64,000 bases of DNA from Hemitrygon akajei (Eukaryota), in assembly GCF_048418815.1 (NCBI RefSeq), contig NC_133154.1, forward strand, positions 388,043 through 452,042, in the 5' to 3' direction. This document shows, piece by piece, positions 11,961-25,450 of this stretch; the first letter of the stretch is position 1, and the number at the start of each line of letters is the position of its first letter. The notes below the pieces were generated by a model that searched no databases, was not told where the DNA came from, and was given only the letters and a program-made list of their open reading frames with translations. A program made the position numbers and the translations under genes.

Positions 11961-13399
11961 TATCAGTGTGTTGTACTGCTGCACAGATCAACACTTGCCG
12001 GTGATATTAAACCCGAGTCTAATTCTGGTTTTGTTGGGCCAGAACAGCGAGTTACCAAGCCATATCTCTAAATAAAAATAAAGGATATCCTGTCCCATAC
12101 TGCCGCCACAGAACAACACATTTCACGGTGTATATCAGTACCAATAAACACAAAAAATATTCCCAGTGCAGCCTCACTGATGTCTTGTATAAGTGGGAGT
12201 ATAATCTCGTGCAGCAGCTATCCCTGCCTGTACACTGAGTGTCCTGATTGTGTGTGTTCACCCTATATGCACCCCTTACAATACCATAAACAAAATCAAC
12301 ATCTGGCCCTCTTATTGGACAAAATTGACATTGTACTCTTATTGGACATCCCAGTGATTCAGGGTTTCCTCCTCTTATTGCCTCCCTGCCCAGCTCTCGA
12401 TGTTTCCCTGACTCCTCAGACTCTGCTCCACATCCCGGCATCTCTGACGATGTTTCATTTTAGTTCATTTTGCTTGGGGATACAGCCCTCTGAGCTGTGC
12501 CACCCACCCTAATCATGGGGCAATTTATAATGAGCAATAAGTAACTGGTAAGTCTTAGACTGTAGGAGGAAGCTGGGGCCCCTGGAGGTCCCACGATTTC
12601 ACAGGGAGGACATACAGACGACACCAGACTGTGAGGTCCTATGCTATAATGCGGTTTTGCTACTGCTATGACCCTGTGGAGCCAGACATTGATATTTTTC
12701 CTGTGAGTGCTGTGATCCTGTTGCAAATAACATCAAAACATAGGTCCATGATAATAAACTTCATGGTGAGGTGAAGGACTCTTTGGGGCCATGACTGATG
12801 GTGTGGTGAAGGAAGAGGGGTGGAGGCCATTAATGGCAATGTGGTGAAGGAAGAGTTACAGGGGCAATTGTAGCACTTGCCCCACAATGTGACTTCAAAC
12901 ACCACGATTATAGACTGGGATCTCCTTAGTGCCAGTGAATTTATTCTGTGCGTTGCTAAGATTCCACAATTCTCAGTCTCTTCTGTTCCGTTGTTTATTA
13001 TATAAAGGTGTCACATCAAAGAGGCAAGAAGTCAAACACCACAGAAACAGCCCTTTGGCCCAAACTCTGTGCTGTCCTTTCCCCTGCTAGAGAATTGGTC
13101 TATTATTGTCACATGTACCTAGCACCATGAGACTGTGGGGGGTGGGGGAGGCAATTAAAAATATGAACACTTTCGGTTATATGGACAATAACAGTCTTTT
13201 CCCAGGGTAGAGGGGTCTTAAATGAGGTGGGGGTGTTTAACATAGAAAACCTACAGCACAGTACAGGCCCTTTGGCCCACAATGCTGTACCAAACATGTA
13301 CTTAGTTTAGAAATTACCCAGGCTTACCCATAGTCCTCTATTTTTCTAAGCTCCATGTACCTATCCAGGAGTCTCTTAAAAGACCCTATTGTTTCTGCC

Positions 13400-15060
13400 T
13401 CCACCACCGTCATTTGCAGCTCATTCCATGCACTCTGTACCCACTTCCAAGCACCTTAAACCTGTGTCCTCTTGTGTTAGCCATTTCAGCCCTGGGAAAA
13501 AGCCTCTGACTATCCACATGATCAATGCCTCACATCATCTTACACACATCTATCAGGTCACCTCTCATCCTCCATCACTCCAAGGAGAAAAGGCTGAGTT
13601 CACTCGACCTATTTTCATAAGGCATGTTCTCCAATCCAAGCAACATCCTTGTAAATCTCCTCTGCACCCTTTCTATAGTTTCCACATCCTTCCTGTAGTG
13701 AGGCGACCAGAACTGAGCACAGTACTCCAAGTGGGGTCTGACCAGGGTCCTATATAGCTGCAACATTACCTCTCGGCTCCTAAACTCAACCCCATGATTG
13801 AAGAAGGCCAATACATCATATGCTTTCTTAACCACAGATTCAACCTGCACAGCAGCTTTGAGCATCCTATGGACTTGGACCCCAAGATCCCTCTGATCCT
13901 CCACACTGCCAAGAGTCTTACCATTCATACTATATTTTGTCATCATATTTGACCTACCAAAATGAACCACCTCACACTTATCTAGGTTGAACTCCATCAG
14001 CCTCTTCTCAGCCAGTTTTGCATCCTATCGATGTCCCGCTGTAACTTCCTGACAGCCCTCCACACTATCCACAACACCTCCAACCGTTGTGCCATCAGCA
14101 AATTTACTAACCCATCCTTCCACTTCCTCATCCAGGTCATTTATAAAAATCACAAAGAGTAAGGGTCCCAGAACAGATCCCTGAGACACACCACTGGCCA
14201 CCGGCCTCCATGCAGAATATGACCCATCTACAACCACTCTTTGCTTTCTGTGGGCAAGCCAGTCTGGAGCCACAAAGCAATGTCCCCTTGGATCCCATGC
14301 CTCCTTACTTTCTCAATAAACCTTCCATGGGGTACCTTATCAAATGTCTTGCTGAAATCCATATACACTACATCGACTGCTCTTCCTTCATCAGTATGTT
14401 CAGTCACATCCTCAAAAAATTCAAACAGGCTCATAAGGCATGACCTGCCTTTGACAAACCCATACTGACTATTCCTAATCATATTATGCCTCTCCAAATG
14501 TCCATAAATCCTGCCTCTTGGGATCTTTTCCATCAACTTACCAACCACTGAAGTAAGACTCACTGGTCTATAATTTCCTGTACTATCTCTACTCCCTTTC
14601 TTGAATAAAAGAACAACATCTGCAATACTCCAATCCTCTGGAACCTCCCCCGTCCCCATTGATGATGCAAAGATCATCACCAGAGGCTGAACAATCTCCT
14701 CCCTTACCTCTCACAGTAGCCTGGGGTACATCTCATCTGGTTCCAGTGACTTATCCATCTTGATGCTTCCCAAAAGCTCCAGCACATCCTTTTTTAAAAA
14801 ATTTCCCAATATCAGATCAAGTACAGCCTCTCCACGTGTAGGCTTATCTACATATTGTATCAGGAAACCTTCCTGAACACACCTAACAAACTCCACCCCA
14901 TTTAAATCCCTTGCTCTCAGGAGATGCCAATCAATATTTGGGAAATTAACATCTCCCACCATGACAACCCTGTTATTATTACACCTTTCCAGAATCTATC
15001 TCCCTATCTGCTCCTCGATGTCCCTGTTACTATTGGGTGGTCTATTAAAAAAAAGTAAAG
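13400..15060 (-). mobile_element. CR1-like LINE ORF2 (RT) with frameshifts
   Basis: Minus-strand ORFs at 13575..13997, 14025..14273, 14228..14680 and 14711..14962 give a near-continuous RT. Confidence 0.75.
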
Positions 15061-16119
15061 TTATTGACCCCTTCCTGTTTCTAATTTTACCCACAGAGAC
15101 TCCGTAGACAATCCCTCCATGACTTCCTGTTTTTCTGCAGCCCTGACACTATCTCTGATCAGCAGTGCCACACCCCCCACCTCTTTTGCCTCCTTCCCTG
15201 TCCTTTCTGAAACATCTGAAGCCTGGCACTCTAAGTATCACTGAGTCTGTGTAATGGTCACAACATCATAGCTTCAAGTACCTATCCAGGCTCTAAGCTC
15301 ATCCGCTCCTTGCATTAAAGTAAACACATCTCAAACTATCAGTCTGAGTGCATCAAAAGTCTTTCCCGAGGGTACAGAGTCCTAAATGAGGATGGGATGT
15401 TTGACAGTCTTTTCCCGAGGGTAGAAGGGTCCAAGATCTGTTTAAGGTGGGGGAATGAGGGATTTCAAAGGGATTTAAGCAATAGTCTATGCAACAAGCT
15501 GCCATAGGAAGTGGTTGAGGCAACTAAACTGTATCATTGAAGAAGTTCTTGAATAGGTACAGGGAGGGTGGGGCGTTAGAGGAACTCAGCAGGTCGGGCA
15601 GCATCTACGAAAAGGAGTAACCAGATGACATTCTTGAAGAGTCAGCTCAAAACGCAAATGCTTATTCATTCCCGACCTGCTGAATTCCTCCAGCATTTTG
15701 TGTCTGATGGTTTGGATTTCTAGCATCTGTAGAATTTCTCGTGTTGAGTTACCGGACGAAACTGTGATGTATCTGATAAGATAGTGCATCCGCAGAATCG
15801 TTTCGTTTCGCTCTGTCTCTACAGAGAGAACCGTCCCAACCTCTCCCGCTTCTCCCCATTACATCGCGCAGAGCTTCAGACCAGGAAACCTCTGCAGAGG
15901 ACAATCTCCTCTGCATCTTTTCCAACACAACAAATGCATTCCCATAACAGACCACTATTTGCTCCTTTCCATAGATGCTGCCTGGCCTGCAAAGTCCTCC
16001 ACATTTTGCATGCGCTGATTAATTCAGACATTTGCAGAAGCTCTTGTTTAGCACTATGATTCCCCACAACCTGCTGTGCGGAACTGATATTCTCAAGTGC
16101 GTGTGTCGGAAGGATTATT

Positions 16120-17260
16120 AAAAGCGCAGGAGAAAATATACGGAAGTGGGCGAATGAGGTCTCTTACGCCCCCCTCCGGCGCCGAGTTTCCGCTTCCGGC
16201 CGGGAGGGAGGCCGAGGCCTGAGGGCCTGATAGGAGCCTCGGGACTCGCGGCGGCGGCGATGAGGCGGGAACCGGGTCCGTGAGGAGAGGGTGCCTCAGC
16301 GAAGCAAGGGCAGGGAGGGAGGGAGGGAGCTGGGTTCCTCTGGAGAGGAATGGAGCTTGCGATGAGGGGGGAGGGGAGAACGGAGTGTTTGTCAGTTGAG
16401 GGGAGGGAAGGTGGGAAAGGAAGGCATTTCCCAGCCTCCATTGAGAGAGGGATGGGAAAGAGGGTGCTCCCTCAAGGAGGGAGTTAGAGGGAAGAGGAGG
16501 TGACGTAGGGAAGGAGAGGAGGGGATTCTCCTAGTATGAATGAGGGAGGAAGGGATGAGGGATTGAGGGGAAGGACCGAGGTTGAGGGTAGAAGGGGAGA
16601 GGATTCCCCTGGTGAGGATGGGGGAGGAAGTGAGGGAACGAGAGGGCGGAGATTCCCTTAGAGTGGAGGCCTATTCAGGGGTCGGAGTTCCTCCATTGAG
16701 GAAGTTTGGAGTAGGGAGAGGCACCACCTAGTGAGGGAAGAGGAAGTGACAGGGATGGAGGTAAAGGAGGAGGTGCCCCTATATAACCCTGTCCCTTCTG
16801 TCCCTCCTTGCAGGCGCGCTCGAGTGTAACGGCTACAGCGCAGAGCAGGATCCGGACACTCCCTCTGGCGCCCACCTCCCTGCACATCATCGATCCGCTG
16901 ACCCCTCCTTGACTGCCAGGTTCTGCAGGGGAATCGAGCTTCCGGCCGGAGGTGGAGGAGGAGGGGGCGGAGGGTACTTCCGAGGCCGGAGCCCAGGCTG
17001 GAGAGCACAGGGGCCAGAGGGGAAGGGCCGCCCGTCTCCCAGGCGCTGTGAGAGACCCCTGGGGGGGCTGGCGCGGCGATGGAGGGGACGGGAGGGAGAT
17101 GTCACTCCCCCTGGCCTGGGTGCCATCTTCCACAATCGATGGGGTCTTTCCTTCATCCATGAGCAGGGAGGCAAAGGGGCTCGCAGCCCACACGTTGTGC
17201 ATGGACACAGCTGGCGGGGAGCAGACGATGGGGCCCTGGCACACTATTTCTCCACAGGTG
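16120..17260. promoter_or_regulatory. CpG island, candidate promoter and first exon region
   Basis: This is the only CpG-dense, GC-rich non-repeat block in the window (ccggcgccgag, cgcggcggcggcgatg, gcaggcgcgctcgag). It ends in a consensus 5' splice site CAG|GTGAGT at 17257/17258 (+). A minus-strand donor GGC|GTAAGAG lies at about 16163. Confidence 0.5.
16909..17257 (+). other. Candidate first exon of an unidentified + strand gene; the 5' end is not defined
   Basis: The ORF is open to a perfect donor CACAG|GTGAGT. The Gly/Arg-rich translation matches no protein I can name. Confidence 0.3.
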
Positions 17261-17271
17261 AGTTGAACATA

Positions 17272-17790
17272 GAGTGAAGCTACCTCCACACCGTCCCATC
17301 ACACACTTCTGGGGTCAAACACAGAGTGAAGCTCCCTCCACACCGTCCCATCACACACTTCTGGGGTCAAACACAGAGTGAAGCTCCCTCCACACCGTCC
17401 CATCACACACTCCCAGAATCTGAAGCAGAGTGAAGCTCCCTCCACACCATCCCATCATGCACTTCTGGGGTCAAACACAGAGTGAATCTCCCTCCACACT
17501 GTCCCATCACACACTTCTGGGGTCAAACACAGAGTGAATCTCCCTCCACACTGTCCCATCACACACTTCTGGGGTCAAACACAGAGTGAAGTTCCCTCCA
17601 CACCGTCCCATCACACACTTACAGGGTCAGACACAGAGTGAAACTCCCTCCACACCGTCCCATCAGACACTCCCGGGGTCAGACACAGAGTGAAACTCCC
17701 TCCACACCGTCCCATCACACACTCCCGGGGTCAGACACAGAGTGAAGCTCCCGTCACACACTCCCAGGGTCAGACACAGAGTGAGGCTCC
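17272..17790. repeat. 52-bp minisatellite, about 10 copies
   Basis: The unit is caccgtcccatcacacacttctggggtcaaacacagagtgaagctccctcca. It begins 15 bp after the candidate donor at 17257. Confidence 0.85.
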
Positions 17791-17935
17791 ATCTGTTTTC
17801 ATGTGGGACGGAGCGTGAGTGAACATAACTGTCTGATGAACTGAGCGTTGGAACTGTTGCTGTGTTAATGCCGAGTCTGATATTCATTGCTCTCCCTCCC
17901 CCCCCCCCCCCCCCCCATTTGTTTCTCTTTTCCAG

Positions 17936-17968
17936 AATGGGATCGGATTTGGGAGAGGCACAAACAGG
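17936..17968 (+). other. Candidate 33-nt exon with a Kozak-context ATG
   Basis: A C20 and polypyrimidine tract plus cag acceptor end at 17935. The exon reads aATGGGATCGGATTTGGGAGAGGCACAAACAGG. The donor GTGAGTAT follows at 17969. Confidence 0.3.
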
Positions 17969-17999
17969 GTGAGTATCACAATTGTAAGACCGAAAGGCA

Positions 18000-20760
18000 T
18001 AGGAGCAGAATTAGGCCATTCAGCCCATCAAATCTGCTCCTTCATTCCATCGTTGCTGATTTATTATCTCTCACAACCCCAATATCCTGACCTCTCCCGT
18101 AACATTTGACGCCCTGGCTAATCAAGAACATATTAACCTCTGTCTTAAATGTACCTGATGACTTGGCCTACCCAGCTGTCTGTGGCAATGAATTCCACAG
18201 ATACACTACCCTCTGGCTGAAGGAATTCCTCCTAATCTCTGTTCTAAAGGGACATCACCAGTGATCCATTGAACCACTACACAGCTCCTCCACTGCCTCG
18301 TCTGTCTGTCACACCACTTTCAGGGAACCGTGTAGAGTTGGGATGTTAGATTGAAGTTTTCAAGTGATAAGTGAGGTTAATTTGGAGCATTGAGTGCAGT
18401 TCAGATGTCCTATCTACAGGAAGGATATCAGTAAGATTGAGAGAGCACAGTGAAAATTTACAAAGATGTTGCAGGGTCTAAGTTATAAGGTTAATTGTTA
18501 AACTGGTTAGGAGATTTTTTTGTTAGAGCATAGCAGATGAAGGGGAGATTATATAGAGGTATTCTAAATTATGAGGGGTATCAATATGGTAAATGTAAGC
18601 AGGCTTTTTCCTGTGAGCTCTCCATTTAGACCTTAAGAAAATAATGCACAGGATCAGATTTGGGTGATTCAGCCTGTCAAGTCTGCACCACCATTCCATC
18701 ATACTTCTCAAGCCCATTCCCCTCCCTTCTCTCATAACATTTCATACCCTAACTAATGAAGAACCTATCAACCTCTGCTTTTAATATACCCAGTGACGGC
18801 CTCCATAGCATCTGTGGCAGTGAATTCCACAGATTCACCACTCTGGCTATAGAAATTCTTCGTTGCCTCTGTTCTGAATCTGTGCCTTCTGGTCCTAGAC
18901 TATTGGAACCAGCTTCAGCACATCCATTTTGTCTAGGCCTTTCAATGGGATTCCCCTTGCCCCCATTCTCCTAAACTCCAGAGTACAGGTCCACAGGTGT
19001 CTAACCCTACATTAATCCTTTCATTTCTGGGGGTCATTCTCATGAACCTCCTGTGGACCCTTTCCAAAGCCAGCACAATCTTTCATGGATGTCACCCCAA
19101 AGCTGCTCACAATAACATACTCCAAATGCATTCTGATCAATGCTTTATAAAGCCTCAGTGTTACATCATAACTTATTGTACTTTCTAAATCAATGCTAAC
19201 ATCACATTTATCTCCCTTTGCACCTCTAATTTCTGAAATGTAGCCATGTTTAGAAAATAACCACACCTTTATTCCTCCTACCGAAGCGCATGACCTTACT
19301 CTTCCTGACTGTATTCCATCTGCTACTTCTTTCCCCATTCTCCAAATCTGCCTGAGTCCTTCTGAAAACTCCCTGCTTCCTCAACACTACCTGTCCCTCC
19401 ATGTATCTTTATATCATCTGCAAACTTGGCCACAAAACCTTCAATTCTGTCATCCAAATCATTGACATAAATTGTAAAAAGAAACAGTGCCAACACAAAT
19501 CCTTGCGTCACCAGCAGCCAACCTCAAACAGCCCCGCTCTTTGCCTCCTGCTAGTCAGCCAATCTTCCATCCATGTTAATATCTTCCCTGTAATGGGCTG
19601 TTACCTTGTTAAGCAGCCTCATGTGCAACAGCTTGTTAAAGGCCTTCTGAAAATCCAAGTGAACAACATCCACTCACTCCTTTGTCTATATGCCTGTTAT
19701 TTCTTGAAGAATCCGATTCAGATTTGAATCAGAATCAGGTTTAATATCACTAGCATATGTCACGAAATTTGTTGTTTTAGACCATAAGATATAGAAGCAG
19801 AAATAGAGCATTTGGCTCTGAGTCTGCTCCGTCATTTCATCATGGCTGATCCAATTTTCCTGTCAGCCCCAATCTCTTGCCTTCTCTCTGCATCCCTTCA
19901 TGTCCTGTCCAATCAAGAATCAACCTCTGCCTTAAATATATATAAAGACTTGGCCTGCACAGCTGCCTATGGCAACTAATTCCACTCTCAGGCTAAAGAA
20001 ATTTCTCCTCACCTCTGCTTTGAAGAGATGCCTCTCCATTCTGAGGCTGTGTCCTCTGTTTTTAGACTCTCCCACCATCAGAAACATCCCCTCCACATCC
20101 ACTCTGTCAAGGCCTTTCACCATTCGATAGGTTTCAATGAGGTCACCCCTCTTTCTTCTGAATTCTAGTGAATACAGGCCCAGAGCCACCAAAAGCTATT
20201 CATATGACAAAACATACAACCTTGGAATTATTTTCATGAACCCTCTTTGATCCCTCTCCAGTTTCAGCACATCCTTTCTAAGATAAGGGGCTCAAAACTG
20301 CTCTCAGGACTCAAAAGTGTGGCCTCACCAGTGTATAAAGTATCAACATTGCATCCTTGCTTTTAATTTGCAGTCCTCTTGAAATGAAAGCTAACATTGC
20401 AATTGCATTCCTCACCATTGACTCAGCCTGAAAATTAACCTTCAGGGAATCTTGCACAAGGACTCCCAAATCCCTTTGTGCCTCAGTTTTTTTGTATTTT
20501 CTCTTAATTTAGAAAATAGTCAATCCTTCCATTTCTGTAGCAAAGTGCATGACCGTACACTCCCCAACACTGTACTCATTTGCCATTTCTTTGCCCTTTC
20601 TCCCAATCTTGTCCTTCTGTAGCCTCTCAACTTCCTCAAACTACCTGCCCTGCCATCTATCTTCATATTGTCTGCAAACTTTGCAACAAAGCCATCATTT
20701 CCATCATCCAAATCATTGACATATAATGTAAAAAGAATCAGTCCCAACACAAACCCTCTT
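18000..20760. mobile_element. Cluster of CR1-like fragments in mixed orientation
   Basis: The cluster includes the tail at 18300..18560 (+) and the RT fragments at 19021..19511 (-) and 19932..20750 (-). The fragments show FADD and GLYSLEFRRKRGDLIETYRMVKG motifs. Confidence 0.6.
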
Positions 20761-22400
20761 AGAGCAAGAGGATAAGATGTGAGGTAATAGGACCAATCAA
20801 GGGTGACAGTGGAGAAGTGTGTATGGAACCGGAGGAGATAGCAAAGGTACTTAATGAATACTTTGCTTCAGTATTCACTATGGAAAAGGATTTGGCAATT
20901 GTAGGGATGACTTACAGCAGGCTAAAAAGCTTGAGCATGTAGATATCAAGGAAGAGGATGTGCTGGAGCTTTTGGAAAGCATCAAGTTGGATAAGTCATT
21001 GGGACCAGACGAGATGTACCCCAGGTTACTGTGGGAGGCGAGGGAGGAGATTGCTGAGCCTCTGACAATGACCATTGCATCATCAATGGGGACGGGAGAG
21101 GTTCCGGAGGATTTGAGGGTTGCAGATGTTGTTCCCTTATTCAAGAAAGGGCGTAGAGATATCCCAAGAAATTATAGATCAGTGGGTCTTACTTCAGTGG
21201 TTGGTAAGTTGATGGAGAAGATCCTGAGAGGCAGGATTTATGAACATTTGGAGAAGCATAATATTATTAGGAATAATTAGCATGGCTTTGTCAAAGGCAG
21301 GTCTTGCCTTACAAGCCTGATTTAATTTTTTGAGGATGTGACTAAACACATTGAAGAAGGTAGAGCAGTAGATGTAGTGTATATGGATTTCAGCAAGGCA
21401 TTTGATAAGGTACCTCATGAGAAAGTAAGGAGGAATGTGATCCAAGGGGACATTGCTTTGTAGATCCAGAATTGGCTTGTCAACAGAAGACAAAGAGCGG
21501 TTGTGGATGGGTTATATTCTGCATGGAGGTCAGTGACCAGTGGGGTGCCTCAGGGATCTGTTATGGGACTGCTTCTCTTCGTGATTTTTATAAATGACCT
21601 GGATGAGGAAGTGGAGGGATGGGTTAGTAAGTTTGCTGATGACACTAAGGTTAGAGGTGTTGTGGATAGTGTGGAGGGCTGTCAGAGGTTACAGCAGGAC
21701 ATTGATAGGATGCAAAACTGGGCAGATGCGTTCAACCCAGATAAGTGTGTGATGGTTCAATTTGGTAGGTCAAATATGATGGCAGTATTAATGGTAAGAC
21801 TCTTGGCAATGTGTAGGATCAGGTCCGAGTCCATAGGATACTAAAAGCTGCTGCGCAGGTTGACTCTGCCTTCATCAATTGTGGGATTGAGTTTAAGACC
21901 CAAGAGGTAATGTTGCAGCTATATAGGACCCTGGTCAGACCCCACTTGGAGTACTGTGCTCTGTTCTGATTGCCTCGGTACAGGAAGGATGTGGAAACTA
22001 CGGTAAGGGTGCAGAGGAGATTTACAAGGATGTTGACTGGTTTGGGGAGCATGCTTTCTAAGAATAGGTTGAGTGAACTTGACCTTTTCTCCTTGGAACG
22101 ACAGAGGATGAGCGGTGACTTGATAGAGGTGTATAAGATGATGAGAGGCATTGATCATGTGGATAGTCAGGCTTTTTCCCAGGGCTGAAATGGATAGCAC
22201 GAGAGGGCACAGTTTTAAGGTGCTTGGAAGAAGGTACAGAGGAGATGTCGGGTAAGTTTTTTTATGCAGAGAGTGGTGATAACGTGGAATGGGCTGCCAG
22301 CAACGGTGGTGGAGGTAGAAACGATAGGGTCTTTTAAGAGACTCCTGGACAGGTACATGGAGCTTAGAAAAAGAGAGGGCTCTGGGTAACCCCAGGTAAT
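20760..22400 (+). mobile_element. CR1-like ORF2 (RT) with stops and frameshifts
   Basis: ORFs run at 20960..21280, 21503..21844 and 21970..22188. Confidence 0.7.
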
Positions 22401-23860
22401 TTCTATAGTAAGGACATGTCCTGTACAGCTTTGTGGGCCAAAGGGCCTGTATTGTGCTGTAGGTTTTCTATGTTTCCAGACCCCTGAAGAACACAACAAG
22501 TCACCCGCAGCCAATCAGAAAAGGCTTCCTTTATTCCCTCTCTCCTCCTACCAATCAGCCACTGCTTTATCCATACTAGAATCTTTCCTCCAATATCATG
22601 GGCTCATAGCTTGTTAAGCAGCATGTGGCACCTTGTCAAAAGCCTTCTGAAAATCCAAGTACACAATATCCACCAACTCTCCCTTGTCTACCCTGCTTGT
22701 TACTTCTTCAAAGAATAATACCATATTTGTCAGGCAAGGTTTTCCCTTGAGGAAGCCATGCTGACTATGCCTTATTTTATCATGTGCCTCCAAGTACCCT
22801 GAAACCTTATCCTTAAGAATCGACTCCAACGTCTTCCCAACCACTGAGGTCAGACTAACTGGCTTATAGTTTCCTTTCTTCTGCCTGTCGCTTGTTAGAG
22901 TGGAATAACATTTGCAATTTTCCAGTCCTCCGGAGCAATTCAAGAGTCTATTTATCCTTGAAAGTTCATTACAGATATCTCCATGATCTCTTCAGCCACC
23001 TCTTTCAGAACCCCGGGTTGTACACCATCTGGTACAGGTGACTTGTCTACCTTCAGTTCTTTTAGTTTCTCGAGAACCTTCTCCCTAGTAATGGTAACTC
23101 TACTCCCTTTATGATTCCTGGCATCTGGAACTTTCACCATATTGCTACTGTCTTCCACAGTGAAGACTGATGCAAAATACTTATTCTGTTCATTCCCCCA
23201 TTACTATCTCTCCAGTATCCACTCTCACTACTCTTTTACACCATTGAAAGAACATTGAATATCCTTTAATATTAATGGCTAGCTTCCTTTCATATTCCAT
23301 TTTTACCTTAATTATTTTTCTTTTAGTTGCCTTCTGTTGTTTTTTTAAAAGGTTTCCAATCCTCCAACCTCCCTCTAATTTTTGCTCTATTTTATGCCCT
23401 CTTTTATGTTGGTTTTGACTTCTCTTGTAGCCATGGTTGTGTCACCTTGCCTTTAGAATGCTTCTTCTTTTTTTGTGATTTATGTATCATGCAACATCAT
23501 CTGAGTTGCTTCCAGAAACACCAGTCATTGCTGCTCTGTCATCATCCCTCCAGTGTTTTTTCTAATCAATTTTGGCCAACTCCTCTCTCACGCCTCTGTA
23601 ATTCCCTTTATCCCCTGTAATACTGATACATCTGACTTTAGCTTCTCCTCAAATTTCAGGGTGAATTCAGTCATATTATGATCACTTGTCCCCAGGTGTT
23701 CTTTTATAAGTTCTCTATTCAATTTCAGTTCATTGCACAATTCCCAGTCCAGAACATCTGATCCCCCAGTGGGCTCAACCATAAGCTGCTCTAAAAAGAC
23801 ATCTTGCAGGCACTTTAGAAATTCCCTGTCTTGGAATTCAGCACCAGCCTGATTTTCTAG
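22400..23860 (-). mobile_element. CR1-like RT and upstream fragments
   Basis: ORFs at 22614..22943 and 22952..23158 carry VYLDFQKAFDKVPH and KSPVPDG. The APE-end motif LGTSDHNMTEFTL lies at 23588..23782. Confidence 0.6.
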
Positions 23861-25450
23861 TCTACCTGCATGTGGAAGTCTCTTGTGATTTCAGCTGAGG
23901 GTATGATAGTGTTGAATGCTGAGCTGTAGTCAATAAACAGCAGCCTGATATGGGTATTGCTGTTGTCCAGGTGATCCAAGGCCAAGCAAACAGGCAGTGA
24001 GATCGCATCTGCTGTAGACCTATTGTGCCAGAGGCAAATTGCAGTAGGTCCAGGTTCTTGCTTAGGCAGGAGTTAATTGTGGTCATAACTAACCTCTCAA
24101 AGCACTTCATCACAGTAAATGTGGGTGCAACTGGGTGATAGTTATTGGGGCAGCTCATCCTGCTCTTCTTGGGCATTGGTATGATTGTCACTTTTTTGAA
24201 GTAGGTGGGAACCTCAGACTGCGGCGGTGAGGGATTGACGATGCCCTTGTACACTCCTGCCAGTTGATTGACACGTGTTTACCATGCCCTACCAGGTTTA
24301 CAATCAGGGTGTGATGGCTTACAAGGTTTCACCCTCTTGAAAGACGTTCTGGCATCAGCCTCTGAGACAGATCACAGGGTCACCAGCTACTGCAGGGATT
24401 TCCACAGGAGTAGTTTAATTCTCCTTTTCAAAACATACATAAAAGGCATTGAGCTCATCTGGGAGTGAAGCATCATAGCCATTCATGATGTCAGATTTCA
24501 CTTTGTAATGGCCTGCAAACTCTGGCAGAGCTGACACGCATCCAACTACATCTCTAACCTCATTTGGAATTGCCTTTTTCACCCTGAAAATAGTCTTCTG
24601 TAGGTCGTACCTGGACTTCTTGTGTAGTTCTAGGTTATTGGTCTTGAATGCCACAGATATACTGCTCAGCAGACAATGAATCTCCTGATTCATCTACTGC
24701 TTTTAATTTGGTTGTGTCCAGTATGTCCTTGATGGAACACACCTATCTAAGTTGGTGACAACTGTGGCATATCATTTACTCGAAGATGAATCCCTGAATA
24801 TAGTCCAGTCTACTGACTTGAAGCAGTCTTGTAAGCGCTCCTCTGTTTCCCTTGACCATACCCTCTTGGTCCTCACCACAGGCACTGCGGTCTTTAGTCT
24901 CTGCCTATACACTGGGAGTAGTAGAGACAGATGATCGAAATTTCCAAAGTGTTGGCTTCCCGTTGCACCGTTTTGTGCCTGCTGATTACATTGCTCAGCT
25001 CCTCCAGTGTTGGCCTGAAGGAGTTTTCCGCTGCTTACCAGGATGACACTGGAAAACGTGGATGACACTCAACTGCTAGATGTTTTAGTTTGGATGACCA
25101 GGACTGAGACAGAACCGCCACATCCATGCACCTTGATGAGTTAATCATGAAGCAGATGATACCTGCTCTGTCTGTAAAAGACTGAGCTGTCCTGTCTTTG
25201 CAGTGAAAGGTAAGCCATTGATCTGCAGCTCTGTGTCCAAAATGGCGGCAGTTAGCCATGTTTCCGTGAAGCAAAATACACCACAGTTCCTGATGACTCT
25301 GGTACACCAATCTTTCTCTGAGATTTTCAGTTTTGTCTTCCAGAGACTGTACATTTGCCAGCAGGTTAGACAGGATTGGGAGTTGAAGGTCTCTGCGTTT
25401 CAATCGTACCTGTGCTTTCACACTTCCAATTTCTTAAAGGGGAACTGCAC
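23860..25450 (-). mobile_element. LINE-X 5' half: APE, linker and RT N-terminus
   Basis: APE motif CFTETWL at 25145..25354, linker motif LPDELNAFYVCFE at 24415..24693, and RT start IIPMPKK...YHPVAPTFTVMKCFERLV at 23862..24254. Confidence 0.6.

Noticed and set aside
15876-16067. A minus ORF starting MGNHSAKQ, an N-myristoylation-like start, just upstream of the CpG island
   Set aside because: It reads through a Penelope tail fragment at 15955..15990 in antisense. There are no splice signals and no recognisable domain.
16675-17289. A 204-aa minus-strand ORF and other long ORFs across the CpG island, considered as a MAZ-like Pro/Ala-rich first exon downstream of KIF22 as in mammalian synteny
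   Set aside because: The translations are low-complexity GC-driven sequence with no recognisable similarity to MAZ or any protein I know. Long ORFs are expected in GC-rich DNA.
17272-17790. Possible CRISPR-like array, because of the regularly spaced repeats
   Set aside because: This is a eukaryotic locus with introns and LINEs. The repeats are directly tandem with no unique spacers. It is a minisatellite.
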